NCBI GenBank assembly: GCA_964510815.1
Contig: CAZECZ010000003.1
Location: 3,430-67,429 of the forward strand
DNA: 64,000 nucleotides
Direction of reading: 5' to 3'
DNA from: an uncultured Aestuariivirga sp.
Lineage (GTDB): Bacteria; Pseudomonadota; Alphaproteobacteria; Rhizobiales; Aestuariivirgaceae
Positions 28,853-38,972 of the stretch are shown here, one piece after another. The notes beneath the pieces were generated by a model, which was given only the letters and a program-made list of their open reading frames with translations, searched no databases and was not told where the DNA came from. How positions within the stretch are numbered: position 1 is the stretch's first letter; the number at the start of each line of letters is the position of its first letter. Position numbers and translations under genes: made by a program.

Positions 28853-29835
28853 CTGAAGTGAAGCGCCATGTGGTGACGGCCGACGAGGCCGGGATGCGCC
28901 TTGACCGCTGGTTCAAGGTCCATTTCCCGCAAGTCACCTTTGCCTATCTCAACAAGCTCGTGCGCACGGGGCAGGTGCGCGTCGCCGGTGCCCGCGCCAA
29001 AACCAATACCAGGCTCGAAGCCGAGCAGGAGATCCGCGTTCCCCCGCTCGCCTTCGACAAGCGCCCCGCCGACACGCCCAAGGCCGACATCAAGCCGCTC
29101 ACGCCACAGGAGCGCCGTCTCTTCGATTCGATGGTGATCCACGAGGACCGCGACATCTTCGTGCTCAACAAGCCATCGGGTTTCGCCGTGCAGGGCGGCA
29201 CCAAGACCCATCACCATCTCGATGGCCTGCTGATGGGCTTGGGCGTCGAACTCAAGGAACGCCCGCTGCTGGTCCACCGGCTCGATCGTGACACCTCCGG
29301 CGTCATCGTCATCGCCAAGCGCCGTTCCATTGCCGCCGCCCTCGGCAAGCTGTTCGCCACTCGCGCGGTGAAGAAGACTTACTGGGCCATCGTCCACGGT
29401 GTCCCCAGGCCGGCCCAGGGCCGCATCGAGGTCGCCCTGATCAAGGCCAAGGGCCCTGAAGGCGATCGCATGCGGGCCAGCGGGGCGGGCGAGGAGGAGG
29501 ACGAGCAGCGCGCCGTCACCCACTACGCCGTCATTGACAAGGCCTCGACCATCGCCGCCTGGGTGTCGCTCAAGCCCGTCACCGGCCGCCAGCATCAGCT
29601 TCGTGCTCACATGGCCCACATCGGCACGCCGATCATGGGCGACGAGAAATACGGCGGCCTCGGCAATCTGCCCGACGGGGTGCCGAAAAAGCTCCATCTT
29701 CACGCCCGCCGCATCGTCTTCCCGCATCCGCGAGAAGGCACCATCGACATTTCGGCACCGCTCCCCGCGCACATGCTCGAAACCTTCGGCCTCTTTGGCT
29801 TCGATCCCAACCGCTTCGAGGAAGATCACGGATGA
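28849..29835 (+). CDS. RluA-family pseudouridine synthase (RluC-like)
   Basis: S4 domain RLDRWF; NKPSG, HRLDRDTSG, TGRQHQLRAH, LHLHA. Confidence 0.93.
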   Translation: MTEVKRHVVTADEAGMRLDRWFKVHFPQVTFAYLNKLVRTGQVRVAGARAKTNTRLEAEQEIRVPPLAFDKRPADTPKADIKPLTPQERRLFDSMVIHEDRDIFVLNKPSGFAVQGGTKTHHHLDGLLMGLGVELKERPLLVHRLDRDTSGVIVIAKRRSIAAALGKLFATRAVKKTYWAIVHGVPRPAQGRIEVALIKAKGPEGDRMRASGAGEEEDEQRAVTHYAVIDKASTIAAWVSLKPVTGRQHQLRAHMAHIGTPIMGDEKYGGLGNLPDGVPKKLHLHARRIVFPHPREGTIDISAPLPAHMLETFGLFGFDPNRFEEDHG

Positions 29836-30506
29836 AACTGGCGATCTTCGACGTCGACGGTACGCTGGTCGACAGCCGCGCCATGATCACCGCGTCCATG
29901 CAGTCGGCCTTCGAGGCCATGGGCCTCGTTGCGCCCGCCCGCGAAAAGACCCTCTCCGTCGTTGGTCTGTCGCTGCTCGACGCCATGAAGGTGCTGGCGC
30001 CAGCGGCGGAAGACGTCACCCATCTCCGCCTGTCGGACGCCTACAAGCAGGCGTTCTGGCAGCACCGCGCCGCCGGCGCCCACACCGAGGATCTGTTCGA
30101 CGGCGCCCTCGATCTCCTGTCGCGCCTCCGTGGCCGCGATGACGTGGTGCTCGGCATTGCCACTGGCAAGTCGCGCCGTGGCGTCGACCATCTGATCGAG
30201 AGGCATGGCTTCGAGGGCTGGTTTGCCACCATTCAGACCGCCGACGGGCATCCATCCAAGCCGCATCCCTCCATGGTCGTCACGGCATTGGCCGAGACAG
30301 GCTTGGAACCGGCGGCCGCCATCGTCATCGGCGACACCAGTTTCGACATGGAAATGGCCCGTGCCGCAGGTGCAGGTGCGGCCGGCGTCGCCTGGGGCAA
30401 CCATCCGGTGGTTGACCTCCAGCGTGCCGGCGCCCATATGATCGCCAATGATTTCAAAGAATTGGAGTCTCAACTTGAATCGCTTTGGCAGGAGCGGATG
30501 AAATGA
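29832..30506 (+). CDS. HAD-IA family hydrolase
   Basis: FDVDGTLVDS, ATGK, SKPHP, IGDT.FD. Confidence 0.92.
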   Translation: MKLAIFDVDGTLVDSRAMITASMQSAFEAMGLVAPAREKTLSVVGLSLLDAMKVLAPAAEDVTHLRLSDAYKQAFWQHRAAGAHTEDLFDGALDLLSRLRGRDDVVLGIATGKSRRGVDHLIERHGFEGWFATIQTADGHPSKPHPSMVVTALAETGLEPAAAIVIGDTSFDMEMARAAGAGAAGVAWGNHPVVDLQRAGAHMIANDFKELESQLESLWQERMK

Positions 30507-31198
30507 CGGCCCGCCGCCGCTTCTACAAGGTTGTGAGCGTCTCCGACGATCTCGGCATTGCCCTCGACGGCCGCGCCATCAAGACGCCGTCCAAAGCTGT
30601 GCTCCAGCTTCCGACCGCTGCGCTGGCCGACGCGGTGGCCGCCGAATGGGCGGGGCAGGGCGAGACGATCGATCCGGCCTCCATGCTGTTCACTAGGCTC
30701 GCCAACACCGCCATCGACCGGGTGCGGCCCGACCGTGGCCGCATCGAAGCGGAAGTCACCGAATACGCTGGCAGCGATCTCGTGTTCTACCGGGCCGATA
30801 CGCCGGAGACTTTGGCCCAGCGCCATGCCGCCCAGTGGGACCCGGTGGTCGACTGGGCCCGCACCGCGCTCGATGCGCCCTTCGTGGTCACCACATCGCT
30901 CGTCCATAAGGCGCAGCCCGAGTCCGCTTTGCGGGCTCATGCCGCGGCCATCGCGGCGCTCAACGACTTCGAACTGGCAGCCTTCTACACGGTGATGACG
31001 CTCACCGGCTCGGCCTTGCTCGCCACCATGCTGGCGCGCGGTGCAATGACACCTGAGGCTGCCTGGGCCGCTGCCCATGTGGATGAGGACTTCCAGATCG
31101 AGCAATGGGGTGAGGACGAGGAGGCCAGCGCCCGCCGCGCCGCCCGCCACGCCGAGTTCGAAGCCTGCTGCCGCTTCATGGCACTGGCGCGCGGCTGA
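30503..31198 (+). CDS. ATP12-family chaperone
   Basis: RRFYK, LDGR.IKTP, LANTAID, D.VFYRA, DEDFQ...WG.D.EA. Confidence 0.9.
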   Translation: MTARRRFYKVVSVSDDLGIALDGRAIKTPSKAVLQLPTAALADAVAAEWAGQGETIDPASMLFTRLANTAIDRVRPDRGRIEAEVTEYAGSDLVFYRADTPETLAQRHAAQWDPVVDWARTALDAPFVVTTSLVHKAQPESALRAHAAAIAALNDFELAAFYTVMTLTGSALLATMLARGAMTPEAAWAAAHVDEDFQIEQWGEDEEASARRAARHAEFEACCRFMALARG

Positions 31199-31290
31199 TC
31201 TTCGCTGCACATTGGCCTTTCGGCTGATTTGACGGAGCACGTCCTGCCGCCTAACAAGTCGGGAACGCCGAGACCGCCCAGGGGAACATC

Positions 31291-32823
31291 ATGCAGGACA
31301 TTCTGGAGAAGCTGGAACAGAAACGCGCGCAGGCCCGCGCCGGCGGTGGAGAGCGCCGTGTAGCGGCCCAGCATGCCAAGGGCAAACTCACGGCGCGCGA
31401 GCGTATCGAGCTGCTGCTCGACGAGGGATCCTTCGAGGAGTTCGACATGTTCGTCGAACACCGCTGCACGGAATTCGGCATGGAGGCCACCCGCATTGCC
31501 GGCGACGGCGTGGTCACCGGCTGGGGCACCGTCAATGGCCGCGTGGTCTATGTCTTCGCCAAGGACTTCACCGTCTTCGGCGGCTCGCTCTCGGAGGCCC
31601 ACGCCCACAAGATCACCAAGATCCAGGACATGGCCCTGCAGAACCGCGCCCCCATCATCGGCATCTTCGATGCCGGTGGCGCCCGCATCCAGGAGGGCGT
31701 CAACGCGCTCGGCGGCTATGGCGAGGTGTTCCAGCGCAATGTGCTGGCGTCCGGCGTCATTCCGCAGATTTCCGTCATCATGGGGCCGTGCGCGGGCGGC
31801 GACGTCTACTCCCCTGCCATGACCGATTTCATCTTCATGGTGCGTGACACCAGCTACATGTTCGTCACCGGCCCCGATGTCGTGAAGACCGTCACGAACG
31901 AGACCGTGACCGCCGAGGAGCTCGGCGGCGCCTCTGTCCACACGACGAAATCCTCAATTGCCGACAAGGGTTACGACAACGATGTTGAAGCGCTGCTTCA
32001 AATGCGGCGCCTGGTCGATTTCCTTCCCAGCTCCAATACCGCGCCGGTTCCTGAAGTTCCGTCCTTCGATGTCCCCGGCCGCATCGACACCTCCCTCGAC
32101 ACCTTGATCCCGGCCAATCCCAACCAGCCCTATGACATCAAGGAACTGATCCTGAAGATCGTCGACGAGGGCGATTTCTTCGAGATTCAGGAAGCTCACG
32201 CCCGCAACATCGTGACGGGATTCGCCCGCATCAACGGCCGCACCGTCGGTATCGTCGGCAACCAGCCCATGGTGCTGGCCGGCGTGCTCGACAGTGACGC
32301 AGGCCGCAAGGGCGCCCGCTTCGTGCGCTTCTGCGACTGCTTCAATATCCCGATCGTGTCGCTGGTCGATGTGCCGGGCTTCCTTCCCGGCACAGCGCAG
32401 GAATATGGCGGCCTCATCAAGCATGGCGCCAAACTGCTCTTCGCCTATGCCGAGGCGACGGTGCCGAAGATCACCCTCATTACCCGCAAGGCCTATGGCG
32501 GCGCCTATGTCGTCATGGCGTCCAAGCATCTCCGCGGTGATCTCAACTACGCTTGGCCCACCGCCGAAATCGCCGTCATGGGGTCGAAGGGCGCTGCCGA
32601 GATCCTCTATCGCCCGGAATTGGGCGATCCCGAGAAGATCCAGGCCCGCATCAAGGAGTATGAGCGGCGCTTCGCCAATCCCTTCGTCGCCGCCGAGCGC
32701 GGCTTCTTGGACGAGGTGATCATGCCCAACACCACCCGCAAGCGCATCGCCCGGGCCCTCGACATGCTGCGCAACAAGCAGCTTAACAACCCGTGGAAAA
32801 AGCACGATAACATTCCCTTGTAG
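31291..32823 (+). CDS. pccB: Propionyl-CoA carboxylase beta subunit
   Basis: [40 protein letters not shown]. Confidence 0.93.
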   Translation: MQDILEKLEQKRAQARAGGGERRVAAQHAKGKLTARERIELLLDEGSFEEFDMFVEHRCTEFGMEATRIAGDGVVTGWGTVNGRVVYVFAKDFTVFGGSLSEAHAHKITKIQDMALQNRAPIIGIFDAGGARIQEGVNALGGYGEVFQRNVLASGVIPQISVIMGPCAGGDVYSPAMTDFIFMVRDTSYMFVTGPDVVKTVTNETVTAEELGGASVHTTKSSIADKGYDNDVEALLQMRRLVDFLPSSNTAPVPEVPSFDVPGRIDTSLDTLIPANPNQPYDIKELILKIVDEGDFFEIQEAHARNIVTGFARINGRTVGIVGNQPMVLAGVLDSDAGRKGARFVRFCDCFNIPIVSLVDVPGFLPGTAQEYGGLIKHGAKLLFAYAEATVPKITLITRKAYGGAYVVMASKHLRGDLNYAWPTAEIAVMGSKGAAEILYRPELGDPEKIQARIKEYERRFANPFVAAERGFLDEVIMPNTTRKRIARALDMLRNKQLNNPWKKHDNIPL

Positions 32824-32908
32824 CAACTGGGAAAATTTTGCTTCGAATTTGCACCGCGCCTTAGAGTGCCCGATGGCATCCTCACTCCATTGACGGACAG
32901 GAGGTTTC

Positions 32909-33334
32909 ATGCGGGTCGAAATGATGGGGTGTGCGCTGGCTGCGTCGGTACTCTTCAGCGGGCCTGTTCCCGGCCTCAACGGTGCCCTCACTCACGTCCA
33001 TGTCAAGCCGCCCGGCTGGCTCGCCATTCCTGCTGATGCCAACATTGTTGCAATCGACTTTGCCAAGGATGGCGAGGGCAAGAAAAGCCGGGGCACGATT
33101 GTCGCCCGGCCGTCTGGAGACACGGTCGAAGTGGTGAAATCGATCACCTCCAACCTGGCCGAGCAAGGCTTCGATCTTGCCCAGCCCACACTTGACTTCC
33201 GCCATTCCGGAAGCGTCCGGACCATGATTTCCGCCTACGACGACATCCAGGGCAGGTCGGCTGCCGTGGTGGTGAAGGCCGGGGTCACCGGGGGCGAACT
33301 GCTCATCAGCTTCGCCGGCAGCAGGATCGACTGA
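32909..33334 (+). CDS. Hypothetical, probably exported protein
   Basis: SD AGGAGG; hydrophobic N-terminus; fills the intergenic gap. Confidence 0.6.
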   Translation: MRVEMMGCALAASVLFSGPVPGLNGALTHVHVKPPGWLAIPADANIVAIDFAKDGEGKKSRGTIVARPSGDTVEVVKSITSNLAEQGFDLAQPTLDFRHSGSVRTMISAYDDIQGRSAAVVVKAGVTGGELLISFAGSRID

Positions 33335-33356
33335 GGCGCCGCGCTCCTGACGGGAT

Positions 33357-33370
33357 TTGATGCGGATCAG
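33357..33370 (+). promoter_or_regulatory. FNR/FixK-like box
   Basis: TTGAT-GCGG-ATCAG, 9/10 to TTGAT-N4-ATCAA. Confidence 0.55.
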
Positions 33371-33404
33371 GACAGAACCGTGATGATCCTGTAATCATTT
33401 GCTA

Positions 33405-34658
33405 ATGGAGCTTGACGATCTCTCCCTGCGGTTGGGGCTAGCGCTGGCCATCGGCTTTGTCGTGGGCCTCGAGCGTGGATGGCACGAACGCGGCATGGAA
33501 GAAGGCGCGCGCGCGGCCGGTGTGCGAACGTTCTCACTGATTGGCTTGCTGGGTGGCGTACTCGGTGCGCTGTCGCTGGGTGGCGACCGGCTGGTCCTCG
33601 CGGCCGGTCTTGTCACGGTCGCGACGGCTGCAGGCGCCTTCATGTGGCGCGAGGGTGAGCGCCACAAGGATTTCAGCGTCACCAGTCTTGTCGCGGCCAT
33701 CCTGACCCTGGTTCTCGGGGCCTATGCAGTGCTGGGTACTCCGGCGGTGGCCGCCGGTGCTGGCGTCGCCGCCGTCATGTTACTGGCATACAAGAAGGTG
33801 CTGCACGGCTGGCTTCAGCATATCACGTGGGAGGAGTTGCGGTCCGGCATGCTGTTGGGGGCGATGACCTTCATCGCCCTGCCGCTCCTGCCCAACCGCA
33901 CGGTCGATCCCTGGGATGCGCTGAACCCATATGAACTCTGGCTGATGACGATCCTGATCGCCGCCGTCTCCTTCGCTGGCTATGCCGCCGTCAAGCTGGT
34001 GGGACCGCGCCGTGGACTCAGCCTCGCTGCAGCCCTTGGCGGCCTCGTGACGTCGACGGCCGTCACCTTGTCGCTGGCGCGGCTGGCCAAGGACAATCGC
34101 GCCCATGTCCTGATGCTGGCCGGTTCCATCCTCGCTTCTGGTTGCGTAATGTTGTTACGCGTGTTGGTGGTGGCTGGCATCTTCAACCTGCCGCTGGCCA
34201 TCGCGCTTGCACCGGCCTTGCTCGCCGCGGTCGGTTTTTCCGCCGCCGTCGCGCTGTTCCTGGTCCGCCACCGCACGGATGGCGCAACCCGCAAGGCCCC
34301 TGAATTCAAGCTACGCAACCCGTTCGAATTAGTCGAGGTTTTGCGGTTCGGTGCGTTGCTTGCGGTGATCATGTTTGCCGTTGTGGTCGTGCGGCGTGAA
34401 CTGGGCGAGCCGGGGCTTCTGGGTCTTTCCGCCTTGTCGGGTCTGGCCGACGTCGACGCGCTGACCCTATCCGTCGCACGCCTGGGTGAGGTGACACCGC
34501 TCGCGGTGCGGGCAGTTTTGCTGACGGCCGCGGTCAATACGGCCGCCAAGACAGTCTACGCGTGGGTGACGGGCGGTGCCCGGCTGGGCCTGATCCTGCT
34601 TCTGGCGAATGGCGTCACGCTGGCTGTGGGTTATGCGGCACTGGTTCTCATCGCCTGA
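33405..34658 (+). CDS. MgtC/SapB family protein with DUF4010 domain
   Basis: IGF.VGLER, AG.RTF, LP.LPN, LGGLVTSTAVT, SGLADVDA. Confidence 0.88.
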   Translation: MELDDLSLRLGLALAIGFVVGLERGWHERGMEEGARAAGVRTFSLIGLLGGVLGALSLGGDRLVLAAGLVTVATAAGAFMWREGERHKDFSVTSLVAAILTLVLGAYAVLGTPAVAAGAGVAAVMLLAYKKVLHGWLQHITWEELRSGMLLGAMTFIALPLLPNRTVDPWDALNPYELWLMTILIAAVSFAGYAAVKLVGPRRGLSLAAALGGLVTSTAVTLSLARLAKDNRAHVLMLAGSILASGCVMLLRVLVVAGIFNLPLAIALAPALLAAVGFSAAVALFLVRHRTDGATRKAPEFKLRNPFELVEVLRFGALLAVIMFAVVVVRRELGEPGLLGLSALSGLADVDALTLSVARLGEVTPLAVRAVLLTAAVNTAAKTVYAWVTGGARLGLILLLANGVTLAVGYAALVLIA

Positions 34659-34722
34659 TCTTTCAACGCCGCATGCGCCTGTGCTATGCGCTCTCCGGAG
34701 ACGGACTGAGGAGAAACCGCCT

Positions 34723-35550
34723 TTGGTCAAGACCGCCCCCCGCAAGCTGCCGCCCATGTCGGCGCTGGAATTTGCCATCGAACAGGCCTTCCGGCGCTTC
34801 TTCTTCGGCCTCAGGTTGATGCTAACGTGGACAGTGCTGTGCTTGCCGCTGTTGGGCGCGGTCTATTATCTCGTTTTCATGGACGGAATGCCGAAAATCG
34901 AAGCCCTGAAGCCGGTGGACTTCGCAGCATTGTCCGTCCTGGGCCTTGTCGTCCTGCTTGCCGCCGTCTCGATCATGGTCAACTGGAACCGCCGCATCCT
35001 CGAGGACGAGCATCCGTGCGGGCTGGGTTGGATCCGCGTTGATGGTGCTGTGTGGAACTTTTTCCTGGGGCTGGTGATTTTGCTCATGGTCATCGGACTC
35101 ATGTCCGGTGCGTCAGCTCTCATGGCCTTGAGGGGGCCGGTGTTTTTCGAGTCAAATCTCGCAGGGGCCGCAAAGCCGGCGGCCACCGGGGTGGCCGGCA
35201 TCATCGGCATCAGCGCCCTCTTTGTCGGCCTGCGGCTGATGACGCGGCTTCCCGCCATCGCACTTGGCAATCGGGATTACGGTTTTGGCAGCGCCTGGCG
35301 GGCGACCCGGCGCAACACGATCCGCTATCTGGGCTTCCTGTTCTGGCTGGTATTCACGCTCGCCATCGCTGGAGGCATCGGTGCAGGTGCAGTCATGGCC
35401 CGCACGGTTCTACCAAACCCATGGGTGGTCGGTGGCGGCATCGCCGCAGCAACGGTCATCGGCTTGTGGATCGTCTTCGTCCTGATGTCCGTACCCGCCT
35501 GCCATTATCGCTTCTTCGGCGAACAGAAGGACTTTCTCGAGAACACCTGA
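34723..35550 (+). CDS. Hypothetical membrane protein
   Basis: About six hydrophobic segments; SD GAGGAG before a TTG start (start uncertain). Confidence 0.65.
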   Translation: MVKTAPRKLPPMSALEFAIEQAFRRFFFGLRLMLTWTVLCLPLLGAVYYLVFMDGMPKIEALKPVDFAALSVLGLVVLLAAVSIMVNWNRRILEDEHPCGLGWIRVDGAVWNFFLGLVILLMVIGLMSGASALMALRGPVFFESNLAGAAKPAATGVAGIIGISALFVGLRLMTRLPAIALGNRDYGFGSAWRATRRNTIRYLGFLFWLVFTLAIAGGIGAGAVMARTVLPNPWVVGGGIAAATVIGLWIVFVLMSVPACHYRFFGEQKDFLENT

Positions 35551-36876
35551 TCAGACCCGCTCGCCCACCAGATCATACTCCTCGGCTTCGACGACCCGCA
35601 CCCGCACCATGTCGCCGGGCTTGAGGTCCGTCTCGCCGGGCAGGAACACGTTGCCGTCGATTTCCGGTGCGTCCCACGGCGAGCGGGCTATGGCTTCCTC
35701 GTTCTCCTGGTCGATCTCGTCCACCAGCACGTCGATCTCGCGGCCGACCTTGCCCTGGAAGATTTCTGCGGAAATCGCCTGCTGCGCCTCCATGAAGCGC
35801 TCCCAGCGCTCCTGCTTCACCTCGTCCGGCACCTGCGGCAGGCCGAGGTCATTGGCCTTGGCGCCGTCCACCGGCTCATACTTGAAGCAGCCGGCGCGCT
35901 CGATCCGCGCTTCCTTCATCCACTCCAGGAAATAATCGAAATCGGCATCGGTCTCGCCCGGGAACCCGACAATGAAAGTCGAGCGGATGGCGATGTCGGG
36001 ACACACCTTGCGCCACGACGCCAGCCGGTCCAGTACCTTTTCCTGGTTGGCCGGCCGCTTCATCGCCTTCAGCACGTTGGGCGCGGCATGTTGGAAGGGA
36101 ATGTCGAGATAGGGCAGGATCTTGCCCTCTGCCATCAGCGGGATCACATCGTCCACATGCGGGTAGGGGTAGACATAGTGCATCCTCACCCACGCGCCGA
36201 GATCGCCAAGCTCCTTCGCGAGATCGTAGAATTTTGCCCGCACCTCGCGGCCATGAAATTTGCTCGCTGCATATTTCGTGTCGACGCCATAGGCCGAGGT
36301 ATCCTGCGAAATGACCAGCAGTTCCTTCACACCCGCCTTCACCAGCCGTTCCGCCTCGTAGAGCACCGAGGCCACCGGCCGCGAAACGAGATCGCCCCGG
36401 ATCGACGGGATGATGCAGAACGAGCAGCGGTTGTTGCAGCCTTCGGAAATCTTCAGATAGGCATAGTGCTTCGGCGTCAGATGCAAGCCCTGCGGCGGCA
36501 CCAGATCGAACTTCGGGTCATGCACCGGCGGCAGCGCCTCGTGTACGGCGCCCACCACCGCCTCGTATTGGTGTGGGCCCGTGACGGCGAGGACGCCCGG
36601 ATGCACCGCCTTGATCTTGTCCGCCTCCACACCCATGCAGCCGGTGACGATGACCCGGCCGTTCTCGGCCATGGCCTCGCCGATGGCGGCCAGCGACTCC
36701 TCCTTGGCCGAATCGAGGAAGCCGCAGGTATTGACGATCACCACGTCGGCATCGTCATAGCCGGGTGCCATGACATAGCCTTCGGCGCGCAGCTGGGTGA
36801 TGATGCGCTCGCTGTCGACCAGTGCCTTGGGGCAGCCGAGCGACACGAGGCCAATCTTCGGGACGGTTGTGCTCAT
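35551..36876 (-). CDS. rimO: Ribosomal protein S12 methylthiotransferase
   Basis: [12 protein letters not shown], radical SAM motif [12 protein letters not shown] domain with DAPEIDG. Confidence 0.96.
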   Translation of the reverse strand: MSTTVPKIGLVSLGCPKALVDSERIITQLRAEGYVMAPGYDDADVVIVNTCGFLDSAKEESLAAIGEAMAENGRVIVTGCMGVEADKIKAVHPGVLAVTGPHQYEAVVGAVHEALPPVHDPKFDLVPPQGLHLTPKHYAYLKISEGCNNRCSFCIIPSIRGDLVSRPVASVLYEAERLVKAGVKELLVISQDTSAYGVDTKYAASKFHGREVRAKFYDLAKELGDLGAWVRMHYVYPYPHVDDVIPLMAEGKILPYLDIPFQHAAPNVLKAMKRPANQEKVLDRLASWRKVCPDIAIRSTFIVGFPGETDADFDYFLEWMKEARIERAGCFKYEPVDGAKANDLGLPQVPDEVKQERWERFMEAQQAISAEIFQGKVGREIDVLVDEIDQENEEAIARSPWDAPEIDGNVFLPGETDLKPGDMVRVRVVEAEEYDLVGERV

Positions 36877-36980
36877 GGGCGGCTCCATAGCCGAGCAGCG
36901 CAGCCCGCGCAAATGAGCCGCATCGCGATGGACCTGCATCCATGGCATGTCATCCCCGCGCCGACGCAGGAGCAGCGATC

Positions 36981-37685
36981 ATGTCACGTCTTCATGCCCA
37001 TCCCGAAACCCACAAGGCTCATCGCATTGGCTGGCTTCGGGCCGCCGTTCTGGGCGCCAATGATGGCATCGTTTCGACCGCGAGCCTCATCGTCGGCGTC
37101 GCCGCGAGCGAGGCCAGTCATGGCGCCATCCTGACGGCCGGGGTCGCGGGCCTCGTCGCCGGTGCGATGTCCATGGCGGCCGGCGAATACGTCTCGGTCA
37201 GTTCCCAGTCGGATACCGAGCAGGCCGATCTCGCCCGTGAACGCAGGGAATTGGCCGAACAGCCTGAATTCGAGCTGGAAGAATTGACGGCGATCTATGA
37301 GCGGCGCGGCGTCGAACGGGATCTGGCGCGTGAGGTCGCCCGCCAGATGATGGCCAAGGATGCGCTGGGCATCCATGCCCGCGATGAGCTTGGCATCTCT
37401 GAGGCGACCGAGGCCCAGCCAGTGGTGGCCGCGCTGACCTCGGCGGCGACCTTTGCCGTAGGCGCCGCGTTGCCGCTGCTCACGGCGCTGTTTGCCCCGA
37501 TCGCATCGGTCACGTGGGTCGTCGCCCTTGCGTCCATGATCTTCCTGGCGGCGCTGGGCGCGATCGGCGCCGCGGCAGGCGGGGCAGGGGTGTGGCGCGG
37601 CATGGCGCGCGTCATGTTCTGGGGCGCCCTTGCCATGGCCGTCACCTATGCGATAGGGAGCTTGCTGGGAACGACGGTCGCCTGA
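36981..37685 (+). CDS. VIT1/CCC1 family metal transporter
   Basis: LRAAVLGANDGIVS, SMAAGEYVSVSSQ, HARDELG. Confidence 0.93.
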   Translation: MSRLHAHPETHKAHRIGWLRAAVLGANDGIVSTASLIVGVAASEASHGAILTAGVAGLVAGAMSMAAGEYVSVSSQSDTEQADLARERRELAEQPEFELEELTAIYERRGVERDLAREVARQMMAKDALGIHARDELGISEATEAQPVVAALTSAATFAVGAALPLLTALFAPIASVTWVVALASMIFLAALGAIGAAAGGAGVWRGMARVMFWGALAMAVTYAIGSLLGTTVA

Positions 37686-37761
37686 TGTCTCGACGCGGGC
37701 GGCCCGATGCCGTATCTTGCACGCGAGTCTATATCCTGGGTTGTATTCGAAGAGGCCTGTC

Positions 37762-38295
37762 ATGATGAACCGCCGCCATGTTCTGACCGCTCTTGCCGCA
37801 CTTGCGCTTCCTGGTGCCGCGCAGGCTGCCAAGACCAGGGAACCGAAGGTCATCATCACCATCAACAAGGTCAGCCAGAAGATGACCGTGGAGGTGGAAG
37901 GCCGCACCAAGTTCAAGTGGCCCGTGTCCACTGGCGCCAAGGGCTACGACACCCCGAGTGGCGAGTTCCGTCCATTCCGCATGGAAAAGGAGCATTTCTC
38001 CAAGGAATGGGACGATGCGCCCATGCCCTATTCGATCTTCTTCACCGCCCGGGGCCATGCCGTGCACGGCAGCTACCATATCAAGAGCCTGGGCCGCCGG
38101 GCGTCCCATGGCTGTGTCCGGCTGCATCCCGACAACGCCGCCAAGCTGTTCGCGCTGGTGCAGAAATACGGCATGAGCAACACCGAGGTGGTGGTGCGCG
38201 GCGGTTTCTTCGACTTCGGCGACACCAGCGGTGAGCGTCCCCGCAAGCTGAAGCGCCGCAAGAAGAAGTTCCTCCTGTTCGGCTCGATGAACTGA
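37762..38295 (+). CDS. L,D-transpeptidase
   Basis: Tat-like NRRHVL; WPVSTG, APMPYSIFF, AVHG...ASHGCVRL. Confidence 0.9.
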   Translation: MMNRRHVLTALAALALPGAAQAAKTREPKVIITINKVSQKMTVEVEGRTKFKWPVSTGAKGYDTPSGEFRPFRMEKEHFSKEWDDAPMPYSIFFTARGHAVHGSYHIKSLGRRASHGCVRLHPDNAAKLFALVQKYGMSNTEVVVRGGFFDFGDTSGERPRKLKRRKKKFLLFGSMN

Positions 38296-38376
38296 TCGTC
38301 CACGGTCTGGCTGCCACACCAGCGGCCAGCATGCCATTCCTGAATCAATTTTGTCTTTGACTGACAAACCGCCCCT

Positions 38377-38406
38377 TTGACAGGCGGCAGGGGGCGGGCT
38401 TACATT
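38377..38406 (+). promoter_or_regulatory. Putative sigma70 promoter of the cytochrome c gene
   Basis: TTGACA-N18-TACATT. Confidence 0.4.
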
Positions 38407-38443
38407 TCTCCTCGGAGCGAAGCGGGCACAAAGGAGACTTGCC

Positions 38444-38875
38444 ATGACTGTTCGTGTCGCTTCCTATCTTTCAGCGCTGGTTGCGGTGGCTTGCCTGGGT
38501 ACACCTGCGATGGCGCAGGGAGACGATCTCGCCGCCGGCCGCGCCGAGTATCGGATCTCATGCGAAGGCTGCCACGGTGCATCGGGGAAGGGGGATGGCG
38601 AGGTTGCGCCCTTGCTGACCGTCAAGCCGGCCGATCTCACGCAACTCGCCAAGAAGAATGACGGGAAGTATCCCTTCCTCAAGGTTTTCCAGACCATTGA
38701 TGGCCGCGTCGTCGTCAAGGGCCACGGTGTGGCGCCCATGCCGATCTGGGGCAACCGCTACAAGGACGAAGCCGTCGAGGGCGCCATCGAGCCCTACAAC
38801 TCCTACAGCGCCGAACCCATCATCCGCGCCCGCATCCTGGAATTGACCTACTACATCCAGTCGCTGCAGGAATAG
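38444..38875 (+). CDS. Monoheme c-type cytochrome
   Basis: Signal peptide, CEGCHG, PADLT, distal MPIWG; SD AAGGAG. Confidence 0.9.
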   Translation: MTVRVASYLSALVAVACLGTPAMAQGDDLAAGRAEYRISCEGCHGASGKGDGEVAPLLTVKPADLTQLAKKNDGKYPFLKVFQTIDGRVVVKGHGVAPMPIWGNRYKDEAVEGAIEPYNSYSAEPIIRARILELTYYIQSLQE

Positions 38876-38972
38876 CGCAGCCGCATTTCCTCGCAGAGAG
38901 TTGGGGGCCGCCTTGACAAATCGGCCCCCGCATGCGCTGTAGCGCGCGAATTTTCGTTTCTTGCGAGGACCC

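Noticed and set aside
36929..36942. TGGAC-N4-ATCCA upstream of the VIT1 gene as an FNR-family site
   Set aside because: Both half-sites deviate at conserved positions; too weak to call.
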